A stretch of 56,483 nucleotides of DNA from Patescibacteria group bacterium (GTDB taxonomy: Bacteria > Patescibacteriota > Microgenomatia > UBA1400 > PJMF01), in NCBI GenBank assembly GCA_023382875.1, contig JAHDXH010000005.1, positions 1 to 56,483 of the forward strand. The letters run 5' to 3'. Positions within the stretch are counted from its first letter, which is position 1, and the number at the start of each line of letters is the position of its first letter. The position numbers and the translations under genes were made by a program. This document shows, one piece after another, positions 8,935 through 18,886 of this stretch. A model generated the notes under the pieces. That model was not told the origin of the DNA. It did not search any database and saw only the letters and a list, made by a program, of their open reading frames with translations.

Positions 8935-9735
8935 TTAGTTGAGCAAGTATCCGCCATCAACCACTATCTGAACACCAGTCATATAACTAGACATATCAGA
9001 GGCAAGGAACAAAACTACTTTACCAATATCGTCGGGAACACCCATTCTACCCATTGGGACATCCATTTTTTGATACTCTGGGAAACGCTCGGTAGTATTT
9101 TGTTTACCACCACTTTGCATCGATACCACTCCTGGAGTTAAAATTCCACCTGGAGCAACACTAGTGACAGTAATATTATCCTTGGCTAGTTCCAAAGCAA
9201 CATTCTTCATAAAGCCAAAAACTCCGTGTTTTGAAGCATCATAATGGGCCAAACCAACACTGGATGGATGCAGTGAGTCAATGGAAGTAATATTGATAAT
9301 TTTTCCTCCCTGACCACGCTTTTTCATTTCTTCTGAGACGTATTTGGTCATCAAAAAGACACCACGCAAGTTGGTAGCAATCACTTTGTCGAAATCAGCG
9401 CTTGTCATTGAAGCCAGAGGGTTGAAGGGGAAAATACCAGCGTTATTAACCAAAATATCAATATGTCCGTATTGATCCAAAACATCTTTAACTAACTCTT
9501 GAACTTCATCTTCTTTAGACACATCAGTCGAGGCACCAGTAGCCTCCCAACCCTTGGCGATTAATTCTTCGGCAGTTTTTTGAGCTTCTTCCAATCTACG
9601 ACCAGCAATCACAACCCTTGCACCAGCCTCAGCCAAACGATAAGCAATTCCAAAACCAATACCCGCCGCCCCACCAGTCACAATCGCTACTTTACCTGAT
9701 AAATCGAGGAGCCCGGCATGGGATGTAATTTGCAT
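8935..9735 (-). CDS. short-chain dehydrogenase/reductase
   Basis: TGGAAGIG, LVNNAG, YDASK catalytic motif, VDGG C-terminus. Confidence 0.92.
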   Translation of the reverse strand: MQITSHAGLLDLSGKVAIVTGGAAGIGFGIAYRLAEAGARVVIAGRRLEEAQKTAEELIAKGWEATGASTDVSKEDEVQELVKDVLDQYGHIDILVNNAGIFPFNPLASMTSADFDKVIATNLRGVFLMTKYVSEEMKKRGQGGKIINITSIDSLHPSSVGLAHYDASKHGVFGFMKNVALELAKDNITVTSVAPGGILTPGVVSMQSGGKQNTTERFPEYQKMDVPMGRMGVPDDIGKVVLFLASDMSSYMTGVQIVVDGGYLLN

Positions 9736-9777
9736 ATTAACCTAAGGATAAACCTTTTTGGATCTTTGTGCCAATTA

Positions 9778-11028
9778 TTAGGACTTAAAAGGAGGTGTTT
9801 GACTACGATTTAAAAGTTTTGCCCATTTTTGCACCATAAAATTATCTCGCTGATGACCAGCGCTCACTGTAAATTGAAGTCTCTTGCCATCACCTCTCAC
9901 AAAAGGCTTGTCTTGACCATGCCACCAATTTTTTAGTTTTGTACTAACAAGACTAATCACATCACCAAAAGTTGAAGTGGTGACATCACTTATGCCTTTG
10001 CGGACAAAAACGCGTTCATCAACAGAGGAGGGAGAAGCCTGAGCAATTTTTAATGCCTCGCTTAGAGCAACTTGTTTTTTAAGAGCCAATTGCTCAAAGT
10101 CTTCGCTGGGAACCGATTGGTCGAATTTTTTACTTAAAAAAGGATTAAGTTTGGCCAAAAAACCACTTTCACCACCATAAAGCTGCCTATAAGATGGATT
10201 AGTCAAATAAATTCTAGCTGCATCCAAACCAAACCCTAGTGGTAATTGCAGCGCTCTTATCACCCTCAACAACCGATTCTTATATTGATGATCGGCGGGG
10301 TTGTCCAATAAAACTTGCATTTTAGCTCTCTCGTCATCACTTAAACAATCGAGCGTTTCCATCGCAACTAAAGCCCCCATCGAAATTCCATCCAAACGCA
10401 AATAATCTACCTCCGGTAAAATTTCCCCAATATAGTCAGCCACTTGCTCACCATGTGCCTTAAAACCATCGTTTTTAACTCGTTCATGCCATTCTGGAGT
10501 AACGTGACCCCAATCCGAGTTAGCTGAACCAAAAACTCGAACTTCAATTTCTGGCAAAGTTTCACCTCTTCTCCAAGCTCCGACTAAGCGTGGCAAGTCA
10601 GCATAAGCTTGTTGGTAAACGTAGTCCCATAAAGTAAAAGGGTGACCAACGGGTGGAGGAGAAATGCCTGGTAAAAATAAAGTGGTGCGTCGCTCTGGTT
10701 TTGTCGCCAGCTCAGCAAGGTCGGAGCCCACGGCAACCTCTCGGCGCGGCACTTTCCCAGCTAAAATTTTCTCAAACAGTCTAGTCACATTTACAACAGT
10801 GACGGGAAAATCGGCTTCAGGTGTCCTTCTAACTTCAAAGTTTTCAATACCTTGACGGTCGATTTCAGAGGCGATTTCGACTATTAATTCAGCTGATTCT
10901 GGAGCCTCCAACCTAGCTTTCTTTTCCACTATTTCACGAAAATGACTAAAAAAACTAGATTTTAGTGGCTCTGTTTCTTTAGCCTCCAAAACACCACGAT
11001 GGGAAAAGTTACGCTCTATTCCAGGCAT
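9778..11028 (-). CDS. hypothetical protein, probable alpha/beta-hydrolase fold
   Basis: FLPG oxyanion-like motif, GISMG nucleophile elbow, C-terminal AGH. Confidence 0.6.
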   Translation of the reverse strand: MPGIERNFSHRGVLEAKETEPLKSSFFSHFREIVEKKARLEAPESAELIVEIASEIDRQGIENFEVRRTPEADFPVTVVNVTRLFEKILAGKVPRREVAVGSDLAELATKPERRTTLFLPGISPPPVGHPFTLWDYVYQQAYADLPRLVGAWRRGETLPEIEVRVFGSANSDWGHVTPEWHERVKNDGFKAHGEQVADYIGEILPEVDYLRLDGISMGALVAMETLDCLSDDERAKMQVLLDNPADHQYKNRLLRVIRALQLPLGFGLDAARIYLTNPSYRQLYGGESGFLAKLNPFLSKKFDQSVPSEDFEQLALKKQVALSEALKIAQASPSSVDERVFVRKGISDVTTSTFGDVISLVSTKLKNWWHGQDKPFVRGDGKRLQFTVSAGHQRDNFMVQKWAKLLNRSQTPPFKS

Positions 11029-11304
11029 TTATTCCTGCGTCTCTTGTTTTTTACTATTCAAATAAGCCTGACGATATTCTTTGGGAGTAGTGGGGTAAAA
11101 AATTCCATGCTCAGCCAAATGTTTGAGCTCAATGTCTGTGGCTCGACCCGCTCTAGCGTGACGAATCATCCGGGTAAATTGAAACTTTTTCCACCAACCA
11201 ACTTCTTGGGCTGTTGCCTGAGTTTCTTCATCTTTTGGTAGGTCATCTTTGGCTCGGCCCTCAACTTGATTGATGAATTTTGCGTACTCTGGATTTCTAG
11301 CCAT
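11029..11304 (-). CDS. hypothetical protein
   Basis: start at MARNP, 9 nt after TGCTATAAT; abuts the next gene. Confidence 0.65.
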   Translation of the reverse strand: MARNPEYAKFINQVEGRAKDDLPKDEETQATAQEVGWWKKFQFTRMIRHARAGRATDIELKHLAEHGIFYPTTPKEYRQAYLNSKKQETQE

Positions 11305-11326
11305 ATGACAGAGATTATAGCAAAAC

Positions 11327-11353
11327 AAAAAGCCCAGTGATTTCTCACTGGGC
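11327..11353 (-). terminator. intrinsic terminator of the RRM gene
   Basis: GCCCAGTGA-GAAA-TCACTGGGC plus T-tract on the minus strand. Confidence 0.8.
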
Positions 11354-11386
11354 CCAAAATATTGCTATTTTAAGTGACTAAATAAA

Positions 11387-11773
11387 TTAGTCGCGGTAGC
11401 CACCACGGCCACCACCACGGTTGTAACCACCTCGGTCACCACCACGGTTATTGTCGAAGCGACGTGGTTTAAAACCACCTCTGTCTTCTCTTGGCACTCT
11501 TGGCTTAGCTACGTTAACCACCATGTCGCGACCATTGAGGTCACTACCATGAAGGGCTTCGATAGCGGCTTGAGCTGCTTCTTCAGTAGTATATTCAACA
11601 AAACCAAAACCTTTTGATCTTCCTGAAAACTTGTCAGTTAACAAACTGACATTCACTAATTCACCATATTGAGAGAACATCTCGCGGAGATCTTCTTCAG
11701 TGGTGCTGAATGGCAAATTACCAACAAAGAGTTTTTTGTTATTCACCTCTTCTGGTTGAAAATTGTCGTTCAT
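11387..11773 (-). CDS. RRM RNA-binding protein with Gly/Arg tail
   Basis: RNP2 LFVGNL, RNP1 KGFGFVEY, RGG tail. Confidence 0.93.
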   Translation of the reverse strand: MNDNFQPEEVNNKKLFVGNLPFSTTEEDLREMFSQYGELVNVSLLTDKFSGRSKGFGFVEYTTEEAAQAAIEALHGSDLNGRDMVVNVAKPRVPREDRGGFKPRRFDNNRGGDRGGYNRGGGRGGYRD

Positions 11774-12005
11774 AAATTTGGCTTCTTTTTAAGTAAAGAA
11801 GCGTCCTACTTCCGGCGCCGAACACTAACTCGAGCGATGTGCGCCTAATTAATACTACAATCTCTATTAATTTCTTAATCTGAAAAAGTGGAAAAATTCG
11901 ACTATTCGATAGGTGAAATATAACTTAGATTGAGCCTTCATTATACACCTCACTTGGGAAAATTGATAGTGGCAAAGCCAATTATCAAGGCTAAAATTAA
12001 CCGTC

Positions 12006-12362
12006 ATGATTTACACCTCCACCGTCCAAAAAGGCCAACAATTGGGCAGACAGATCAGTTTCCCAACACTCAATTTGGACCCTAATATTTTGCCCAGCAC
12101 ACAAAAACTTGGTGTTTACCAAGCCACAGTCATAGTGAATAAAAAAGAATATAAAGGTGTGTTATTTTTTGGACCCAAAAAAACCTTTGCGGAAATAACC
12201 AATGTTCTAGAAATCAACTTATTAGATTTTGATCAAGAGATTTATGGTCAAAGTGTATCTTTTACTTTAGGCAAATTTATTAGACCTGTTATCAAGTTTT
12301 CTTCTCTTGATGAACTTAAAAAACAAATCGCTAGAGACGTAAAGCTGGCTTGGCCAAATTAA
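12006..12362 (+). CDS. stand-alone riboflavin kinase domain
   Basis: G..LGR...FPTLN, GVY, E..LLDF..EIYG, FIR...KF.S..EL..QI..D; no FAD synthetase domain. Confidence 0.85.
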   Translation: MIYTSTVQKGQQLGRQISFPTLNLDPNILPSTQKLGVYQATVIVNKKEYKGVLFFGPKKTFAEITNVLEINLLDFDQEIYGQSVSFTLGKFIRPVIKFSSLDELKKQIARDVKLAWPN

Positions 12363-12374
12363 TTTTTTTCCTGA

Positions 12375-13280
12375 TTAAATCTTATCTTGGTTAAGCTGCG
12401 ACATTCTCCAAATTGAAAACAGCAAAGCACCTGCGGCTAAATATTGACTAGTAGCCAAGGTAGTTTTGTACAAAACCAAATCAATAATCACAGCGGTCAA
12501 AGGGAAAACTAATTCTAAAATGGTGGCGACCCCGACCTTAGTTTTTTTCAAACCTTTGTAATAAATCCACAACGCCAACATTCCAGTAGAAAGAGCAATT
12601 GTGATCAAGCGGCCAAACTGAGAAAGAGTCGGCAAGACCAAGCTCGCACTCTGACCCAAAACGAAAACTCCGATCAAGGACATCAAAGTAGTAAAGAAAA
12701 ATCTCAAACCAGTAATATAAGTATCAGAGTTATCCTTGAGGGCAAAACGAGAAACTGCAGTTGATGAACCCCAGGCAAAAGCTGCACCAACAGCGAATAA
12801 AGCCGCGATACCTGTCTGAGCGCCTGTCGCAAAGTTAACATCACCATCTGGGAAAGTGACAAAATAAGCTGCCACCAAGGCAAAACCAGCCCATACAAAG
12901 TGCTCTTTGCTAATTTTTTCTTTGAGCAAAACTACTCCGGCCAAAGTCGCAAAAATGGGCTGCAACTTTTGGAGCAAGAACACAACAGAAAAAGGAATAA
13001 ATTGCACTTTGAGCAAAGCAGTCGTAAACCATAACGTACCCAGCATTCCAGACAACATACTGACCCACAAAATAGCCAACCAACCAGAACGACTCAAAGT
13101 TTCTTTTTTAGCTGCGGCAAAAAGAGCCGGCAAAATTAAAATCAACCCAATTAAGTGCTCATAAAAAACAATGGTAATCGGAGGCAAAGAAAAAAGACTA
13201 CGTCTTAAGACACCATCTAGTCCCCACAGTACCGCTGCGATAACAATTAAAGTCGGGCCGTAGGAGAGAATTTTTTTCAT
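12375..13280 (-). CDS. DMT/EamA family transporter
   Basis: about 10 hydrophobic helices, two EamA repeats; start at MKKILS 8 nt after TGTTATACT. Confidence 0.88.
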   Translation of the reverse strand: MKKILSYGPTLIVIAAVLWGLDGVLRRSLFSLPPITIVFYEHLIGLILILPALFAAAKKETLSRSGWLAILWVSMLSGMLGTLWFTTALLKVQFIPFSVVFLLQKLQPIFATLAGVVLLKEKISKEHFVWAGFALVAAYFVTFPDGDVNFATGAQTGIAALFAVGAAFAWGSSTAVSRFALKDNSDTYITGLRFFFTTLMSLIGVFVLGQSASLVLPTLSQFGRLITIALSTGMLALWIYYKGLKKTKVGVATILELVFPLTAVIIDLVLYKTTLATSQYLAAGALLFSIWRMSQLNQDKI

Positions 13281-13343
13281 CGGCGCCAAGTATAACAAAT
13301 CAGGCACTCGATAAAATAGCCATTTTTTGATATAACCTCAAAC

Positions 13344-16271
13344 ATGCTTAAATTTCTAACCGACTTATTTGATGATAATAAGAAAACGCTTGATAAATAC
13401 AGCAAAATTGTTGAACAAATCAATAATTTAGAGCCAACTCTCAAAAAACTTTCCGACGAAAAATTGGCTGCTCAAACCAAAAAATTCAAAACTCAAATTG
13501 CCCAAAATCTTAAAAACGGCAAATCTGAAGCAGAAGCTTTGGATGAAATTTTGGTCGAAGCTTTTGCCACCGTTCGTGAAGCCTCAAGACGTGTCTTGGG
13601 CATGCGCCACTTTGACGTCCAACTTTTGGCTGGTATTGCTCTTCATAAGAAAAACATCACCGAACAAAAAACTGGTGAAGGCAAAACTTTGACTGTGACT
13701 GCACCTCTCTATCTCAATGCTTTGTTGGGCAAAGGTGCTCACCTAATTACCGTCAACGATTACCTGGCCGAAATTGGTGCGGGCTGGATGGGTGCACTTT
13801 ATAACTTCTTAGGTCTAAGTACTGCTGTCATCATTCACGATCAATCCAAGATGTTTGACCCAAACATTGTGTCTGAAGATCGCGGTGACGAAAGACTGGA
13901 GCACTTCGCCAATATCACTCGCCAAGAAGCTTATTTAGCTGACATTACCTACGGTACTAACAATGAATTTGGCTTTGACTATCTACGCGACAACATGGTG
14001 CAAACCCTATCCCAAATGACTCAGCGCCAAGATTATCCCCATCACTATGCGATTGTGGACGAAGCTGACTCAATTTTGATCGATGAAGCTAGAACTCCTT
14101 TGATTATTTCCGCTCCTGATTCCGAGCCAACTGCCAAATATTATGAATACGCCAAATTAGTTCAAACTTTGGTCAAAGATATTGACTACAAAGTCGATGA
14201 AAAAGCCAAGACTGCCAATTTGACCGACTTAGGTGTCAAAAGAATTGAACAAAAATTAGGTGTTAACAATCTTTATGAAGAAAGTTTCGATACCATTCAT
14301 TTGGTCGAATCTTCTCTCAAAGCCAAAACTCTATACTCCCGCGACAAAGAATATATCGTTCGTGAAAACCAGGTCGTGATTGTGGATGAACACACTGGTC
14401 GTTTGATGTTTGGTCGCCGCTATTCTGATGGCTTACATCAAAGTATCGAAGCCAAAGAAGGTGTTCCAATCCAACAAGAATCTAGAACTTTAGCTACTAT
14501 TTCCATTCAAAACTACTTCAGAATGTACCACAAGCTTTCTGGTATGACTGGTACAGCTGCTACCGAAGCTGAAGAGTTTAAAAAAATCTACAACACTGAA
14601 GTTTTGGTTATTCCTACCAACCAATCAGTCGTCAGAGTTGATCGTCCTGACGTGGTCTATAAAACCACCGCTGCCAAATATTCTGCCATCGTCAAAGAAA
14701 TTGAAGAAATTCATGCTCAAGGTCGGCCAATTTTGGTGGGTACTAAATCCATTGAACACAACCAAATCATTTCCAACTTCCTGAAGAGAAAGAAAATTGA
14801 ACATCAACTTTTGAACGCCAAAAATAATGAAAAAGAAGCTTTTATTATCGCTGATGCGGGTAAGAAAAATTCCATTACTGTCGCTACCAACATCGCTGGT
14901 CGTGGTGTCGACATTGTCTTAGGTGGAGCTAAACCAGAAATCAAAGACTTCAAAAAAGAAAAAGCTGGCGGCAAAGTTGATGAAGACTTAGTCAAATCAC
15001 TAAACCTACCTCCAGCTATTGATCCAAGTAAATACAAACTCAAGGAGTACGCCAAAGCTTTGGCCGATTGGAAAAAAGCCCACGAGGAAGTTGTGTCCTT
15101 AGGTGGTCTTCACATCATTGGTACTGAACGTCATGAATCCAGACGTATCGACAATCAGCTCCGTGGTCGCTCCGGCCGTCAGGGTGACGCCGGTTCATCT
15201 CAATTCTTCTTATCACTAGAAGATGACATCATGAGAATTTTTGGCGGAGAACAGATTTCCAAAGTCATGGACTTCTTAAAGATCGAAGAAAATCAACCCA
15301 TCGAACACAGCATGATTGGCAAGGCTATTGAATCAGCTCAAGTCAAAGTCGAAGGTTTCTTCTTTGACCAACGCAAGCGCTTGGTCGACTTTGACGACGT
15401 CATGAATAAGCATCGCGAAATTATTTATAAACGTCGCCGCCGTTTGCTCGAACTAGGCAGTGATGAAAACAAAAACGCCAAATACCAAGATGACAATTTG
15501 CGTGATGAAATTTTGACCTACCTCCATAACGAAGTAGAGGAGATGGTCACCCTTCGAGCTCCACAAAGTTTCACTCCTGACGAATACGAAGCCATCGTCA
15601 AAGAATTCACCAAACTTATTCCTTTTGATTCAGCCTCACAAAGAGAGTTACAAAAAAACCTCTCCCAAAAAACCAGAGCTGAGGAAATCATTGGCGATCT
15701 CAATGACATCATTGACCAAACTTATGAAGCTCGTGAAAAAACCATGGGCAAAGAAATGGTGAGACAAATTGAAAATTATGTTGTTTTGGCTTCTGTGGAT
15801 GAAAAATGGATGGAACATCTTGAAAACATGGACTCGCTCAAAGAAGGTATTTGGCTTCGTGGCGATAAAAACATGGTCTTAAGTGAATACAAAAAAGAAG
15901 CTTTCACTATGTTTGAAGGTTTGATTGGAAGCATTGAGTCGACTATTGCTAGCCGTATTTTCCGCGTCCAACCAGCTAAACAACAACCAATCAGAGTCAT
16001 GCCTAAGCAAGTCATTGAAAGCAAACCTTCAATCGCTGACAGCTTGGAAGCCGAAGTTGAACAAGCTCAAGCAGCTAGTATGGGCACCAGCAACAACGGT
16101 AGCACTCAAGGCTCTATTTCTGATTTAGCAGCCGCTCTCAAAACTGCCAAAGCGCCTAAAAAAGTTTCGCCTGGTGTGAAATACGAAAAAATCGGCCGCA
16201 ATGACCCCTGTCCTTGTGGATCTGGAAAGAAATACAAGAAGTGTCACATGCTGATTGATGGACAAGGTTAA
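13344..16271 (+). CDS. secA: preprotein translocase subunit SecA
   Basis: TGEGKT, DEADSILIDEARTPLIIS, QLRGRSGRQGD, C-terminal GRNDPCPCGSGKKYKKCH. Confidence 0.98.
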   Translation: MLKFLTDLFDDNKKTLDKYSKIVEQINNLEPTLKKLSDEKLAAQTKKFKTQIAQNLKNGKSEAEALDEILVEAFATVREASRRVLGMRHFDVQLLAGIALHKKNITEQKTGEGKTLTVTAPLYLNALLGKGAHLITVNDYLAEIGAGWMGALYNFLGLSTAVIIHDQSKMFDPNIVSEDRGDERLEHFANITRQEAYLADITYGTNNEFGFDYLRDNMVQTLSQMTQRQDYPHHYAIVDEADSILIDEARTPLIISAPDSEPTAKYYEYAKLVQTLVKDIDYKVDEKAKTANLTDLGVKRIEQKLGVNNLYEESFDTIHLVESSLKAKTLYSRDKEYIVRENQVVIVDEHTGRLMFGRRYSDGLHQSIEAKEGVPIQQESRTLATISIQNYFRMYHKLSGMTGTAATEAEEFKKIYNTEVLVIPTNQSVVRVDRPDVVYKTTAAKYSAIVKEIEEIHAQGRPILVGTKSIEHNQIISNFLKRKKIEHQLLNAKNNEKEAFIIADAGKKNSITVATNIAGRGVDIVLGGAKPEIKDFKKEKAGGKVDEDLVKSLNLPPAIDPSKYKLKEYAKALADWKKAHEEVVSLGGLHIIGTERHESRRIDNQLRGRSGRQGDAGSSQFFLSLEDDIMRIFGGEQISKVMDFLKIEENQPIEHSMIGKAIESAQVKVEGFFFDQRKRLVDFDDVMNKHREIIYKRRRRLLELGSDENKNAKYQDDNLRDEILTYLHNEVEEMVTLRAPQSFTPDEYEAIVKEFTKLIPFDSASQRELQKNLSQKTRAEEIIGDLNDIIDQTYEAREKTMGKEMVRQIENYVVLASVDEKWMEHLENMDSLKEGIWLRGDKNMVLSEYKKEAFTMFEGLIGSIESTIASRIFRVQPAKQQPIRVMPKQVIESKPSIADSLEAEVEQAQAASMGTSNNGSTQGSISDLAAALKTAKAPKKVSPGVKYEKIGRNDPCPCGSGKKYKKCHMLIDGQG

Positions 16272-16273
16272 AC

Positions 16274-16304
16274 AAAAGAAGCTCGCCATTGTAATGCGAG
16301 CTTC
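16274..16304. terminator. hairpin terminator between convergent genes
   Basis: GAAGCTCGC...GCGAGCTTC stem flanked by an A-run. Confidence 0.65.
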
Positions 16305-16325
16305 CAGTTGTTGTGTTTTCCTTCA

Positions 16326-16955
16326 TTATCTAGGCTGACGATAAAGATAGGGCGTTCCGTTCAGATTTGCCTTGAGACATTGCGCGAAGTGCCAATAATC
16401 CCATGGCCCAGCAAATACTGTGTCATATTTACCTTGCCTGCAACTTGGTAGATGAAAAGCAAAGTGGTCAAGTTTTCGATTCAAGGCGCTTTCAATATCA
16501 ACCGCCGAGTATTCGACTACAGTACCAACGCTGAAAATATGCTCATGAGAGTAACGAAGCATTGTCATCTGCCTTGAAAACTCCGACCTTTGCCACTCTG
16601 GAACACCACCGGCAGAAACCTTCCACCAACTAGAGCCATAACAAGTAGGAAGACTTCCTAAATCAGAACTGACGATATTAAACAACCACTTCTTATGTGG
16701 GTAATTTTCTTCCCACCAGCGCGGACCAATCGTCTGCAGAGCATGTTGACCTGATTCGATGGCTTGACCAAGACTAAAACGATGCACCATTTGTCTGGCA
16801 ATTTGAAAGAGCTGAGTGCTTTTGACATCTGCCACACAAGTGCGGTCAGGATGCCAGCGCTCACTTTCGTGAGCCTGCAACTGTGCTTGCCATTCGTCAA
16901 TGCAAGCTTGCTTAATAACCCTTTGCGGGTCAATACTTACCATGACACACCTCAT
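16326..16955 (-). CDS. hypothetical protein
   Basis: 209-aa Trp-rich ORF filling the intergenic space; no family recognised. Confidence 0.65.
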   Translation of the reverse strand: MRCVMVSIDPQRVIKQACIDEWQAQLQAHESERWHPDRTCVADVKSTQLFQIARQMVHRFSLGQAIESGQHALQTIGPRWWEENYPHKKWLFNIVSSDLGSLPTCYGSSWWKVSAGGVPEWQRSEFSRQMTMLRYSHEHIFSVGTVVEYSAVDIESALNRKLDHFAFHLPSCRQGKYDTVFAGPWDYWHFAQCLKANLNGTPYLYRQPR

Positions 16956-17045
16956 TTGAATTAGAAAATCAGAACGACCGGGAATTATACCATTTTTGCC
17001 AAAAATGCCCGTTCCTTCTGTCTAAAGGAGTGATAAAATACTCCG

Positions 17046-17669
17046 ATGTCTGCAATCACCAAACACCTCCAAGCAGTCAAAGCCATTTTCACCAATGATC
17101 ATTTTGTTTATACTTCCGGCAAGCACGGTAGTGTTTACATCAATAAAGATTCCCTTTATCCGCACACCAAAACGACAGCTAAAATCTGTCAGATTTTAGC
17201 CAAGAAGTGTGCTCACTTAGAAATTGACACTGTTGTTGCTCCCGCCCTCGGCGGGATTATTTTATCCCAATGGATTTCTTATCATCTGACTAAGCTCAAA
17301 AATAAAGAAATTTTCGGAGTTTACGCTGAAAAAGATCCAGAAAAAACTTTTATTTTCACCAGAGGTTATGACCAATTTGTAAAAGGAAAAAAGGTTTTGG
17401 TTGTGGAAGATCTAACCAACACCGGTGGATCGGTCAAAAAAGTTGTTGATGTGGTTCGTGAATATGGTGGGGAAGTGGTGGGCGTATGTGTCATGGCCAA
17501 TCGCGACCCGCACTTGGCTGAAAAAAATCTTTTTAATGCTCCTTTAATCGTTGGCACTCAAATCCCAGCAGAAGCTTGGGAAGAGAAAGATTGCCAGCTT
17601 TGTAAGAACAATGTTCCCATTAACACCAAAATGGGCCATGGCAAAAAATATGTTCAGTCAAAAGCTTAA
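17046..17669 (+). CDS. pyrE: orotate phosphoribosyltransferase
   Basis: HFVYTSGKH, PRPP motif VLVVEDLTNTGGS; upstream of pyrF. Confidence 0.85.
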   Translation: MSAITKHLQAVKAIFTNDHFVYTSGKHGSVYINKDSLYPHTKTTAKICQILAKKCAHLEIDTVVAPALGGIILSQWISYHLTKLKNKEIFGVYAEKDPEKTFIFTRGYDQFVKGKKVLVVEDLTNTGGSVKKVVDVVREYGGEVVGVCVMANRDPHLAEKNLFNAPLIVGTQIPAEAWEEKDCQLCKNNVPINTKMGHGKKYVQSKA

Positions 17670-18549
17670 TCAAGCAATTTTAGACAAAAACTCCCGACTC
17701 TGCGTCGGCCTCGACCCTCGACTCAACCTTATTCCTTCTTCCATTCTCAATAAGTCCATCCAACAATTCGGCAAGACCAACCAGGCCGCCGCTACAGCCA
17801 TCTTTATCTTCAATAAACAAGTCATTGATGCGGTCTTACCTCACGCTGCTTGTGTCAAACTACAAAGCGCCTTTTATGAACAATTTGGTAGCGAAGGCGT
17901 GAAAGCATTTTGGAACACTGCTGAATACGCGAAAAAACTAAATCTGCCAGTCATCGCGGACATTAAAAGAGGCGATATTGACTCAACCGCTACCGCCTAC
18001 GCTGAAGCTTATTTAGGCGGTGGTGATTTATTTGGCGAAAAACAAACCACCCCCATCGACTCAATCACCATCAACCCATTTTTAGGCGAAGATTCGCTCG
18101 AGCCATTTGTCAAAATCGCTCATGAGACCAACAAAGGTCTATTTATCTTGGTCAAAACCTCCAATCCCGGCAGCAAAGATTTACAAGATTTGGAAATAAA
18201 TGGCCAAACCGTTTCTCAAAGAATCGCCACTTACCTCTCCAAGCAAAACACCAAATTAGACGAATTTGGCTACGGATTAATTGGCGCCGTTGTCGGAGCC
18301 ACTTATCCAGAACATGCCAAACAACTGCGCCAGCAAATGCCAACTTCAATTTTCTTAGTCCCAGGCATTGGTGCTCAAGGTGGCGATCCGACTTTACTCA
18401 AAAATTTCTTTGATAAAAATGGCCTCGGAGCCGTCGTCAACTCTTCTCGGGGCGTAGTCTTTTCCTTCGAAGAAAATGACAAAAGATATCTTAAAAAAAT
18501 TGCTCAAGCTGCCCAAGATACAAAAGAATTAATTAATAAAAACCTATGA
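17650..18549 (+). CDS. pyrF: orotidine-5'-phosphate decarboxylase
   Basis: LCVGLDP, DIKRGDI, KTSNPGS, GAVVGAT, LVPGIGAQGG, NSSR; start at ATG 17650. Confidence 0.93.
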   Translation: MFSQKLNQAILDKNSRLCVGLDPRLNLIPSSILNKSIQQFGKTNQAAATAIFIFNKQVIDAVLPHAACVKLQSAFYEQFGSEGVKAFWNTAEYAKKLNLPVIADIKRGDIDSTATAYAEAYLGGGDLFGEKQTTPIDSITINPFLGEDSLEPFVKIAHETNKGLFILVKTSNPGSKDLQDLEINGQTVSQRIATYLSKQNTKLDEFGYGLIGAVVGATYPEHAKQLRQQMPTSIFLVPGIGAQGGDPTLLKNFFDKNGLGAVVNSSRGVVFSFEENDKRYLKKIAQAAQDTKELINKNL

Positions 18550-18866
18550 TCTCACCAGACAATCCATGCTTTGGCTGCACCGCTCACCGCGGTGGGCGAG
18601 AAATTAAAGCACCTTGTTGTCATGACTCAGTACTTAGAGTTGATAGCGAAGAATATACTCGACTTTTTCTACAGCCATACCTGAACAAAGAAGTGAATGT
18701 TGAAGAATCCTTTGTCGATGGTCAGATGTATTTTTATGTTTATTTGTTAGGCAAATGTCCGCATCTCACAGATGAGGGTTTGTGTGGGGTGGAGGAAGCC
18801 AAACCCAAAGGCTGTCGGGCAGCCGTTCCCAAACATTTCCGCTTCTGTGTTAAGTCAGAAACATAA
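18546..18866 (+). CDS. YkgJ/CxxCxxCC-type cysteine-cluster protein
   Basis: CxxC...CC...CPHL...C...KP..CR pattern. Confidence 0.7.
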   Translation: MISPDNPCFGCTAHRGGREIKAPCCHDSVLRVDSEEYTRLFLQPYLNKEVNVEESFVDGQMYFYVYLLGKCPHLTDEGLCGVEEAKPKGCRAAVPKHFRFCVKSET

Positions 18867-18886
18867 CAATATACTATAATCATTTT

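Noticed and set aside
17551-17649. N-terminal extension of pyrF in the ORF track
   Set aside because: It overlaps pyrE extensively, and homology starts at ATG 17650. Similar over-extensions were trimmed for ldh, greA, glmS (must start MCG), the DMT gene and the pilin.
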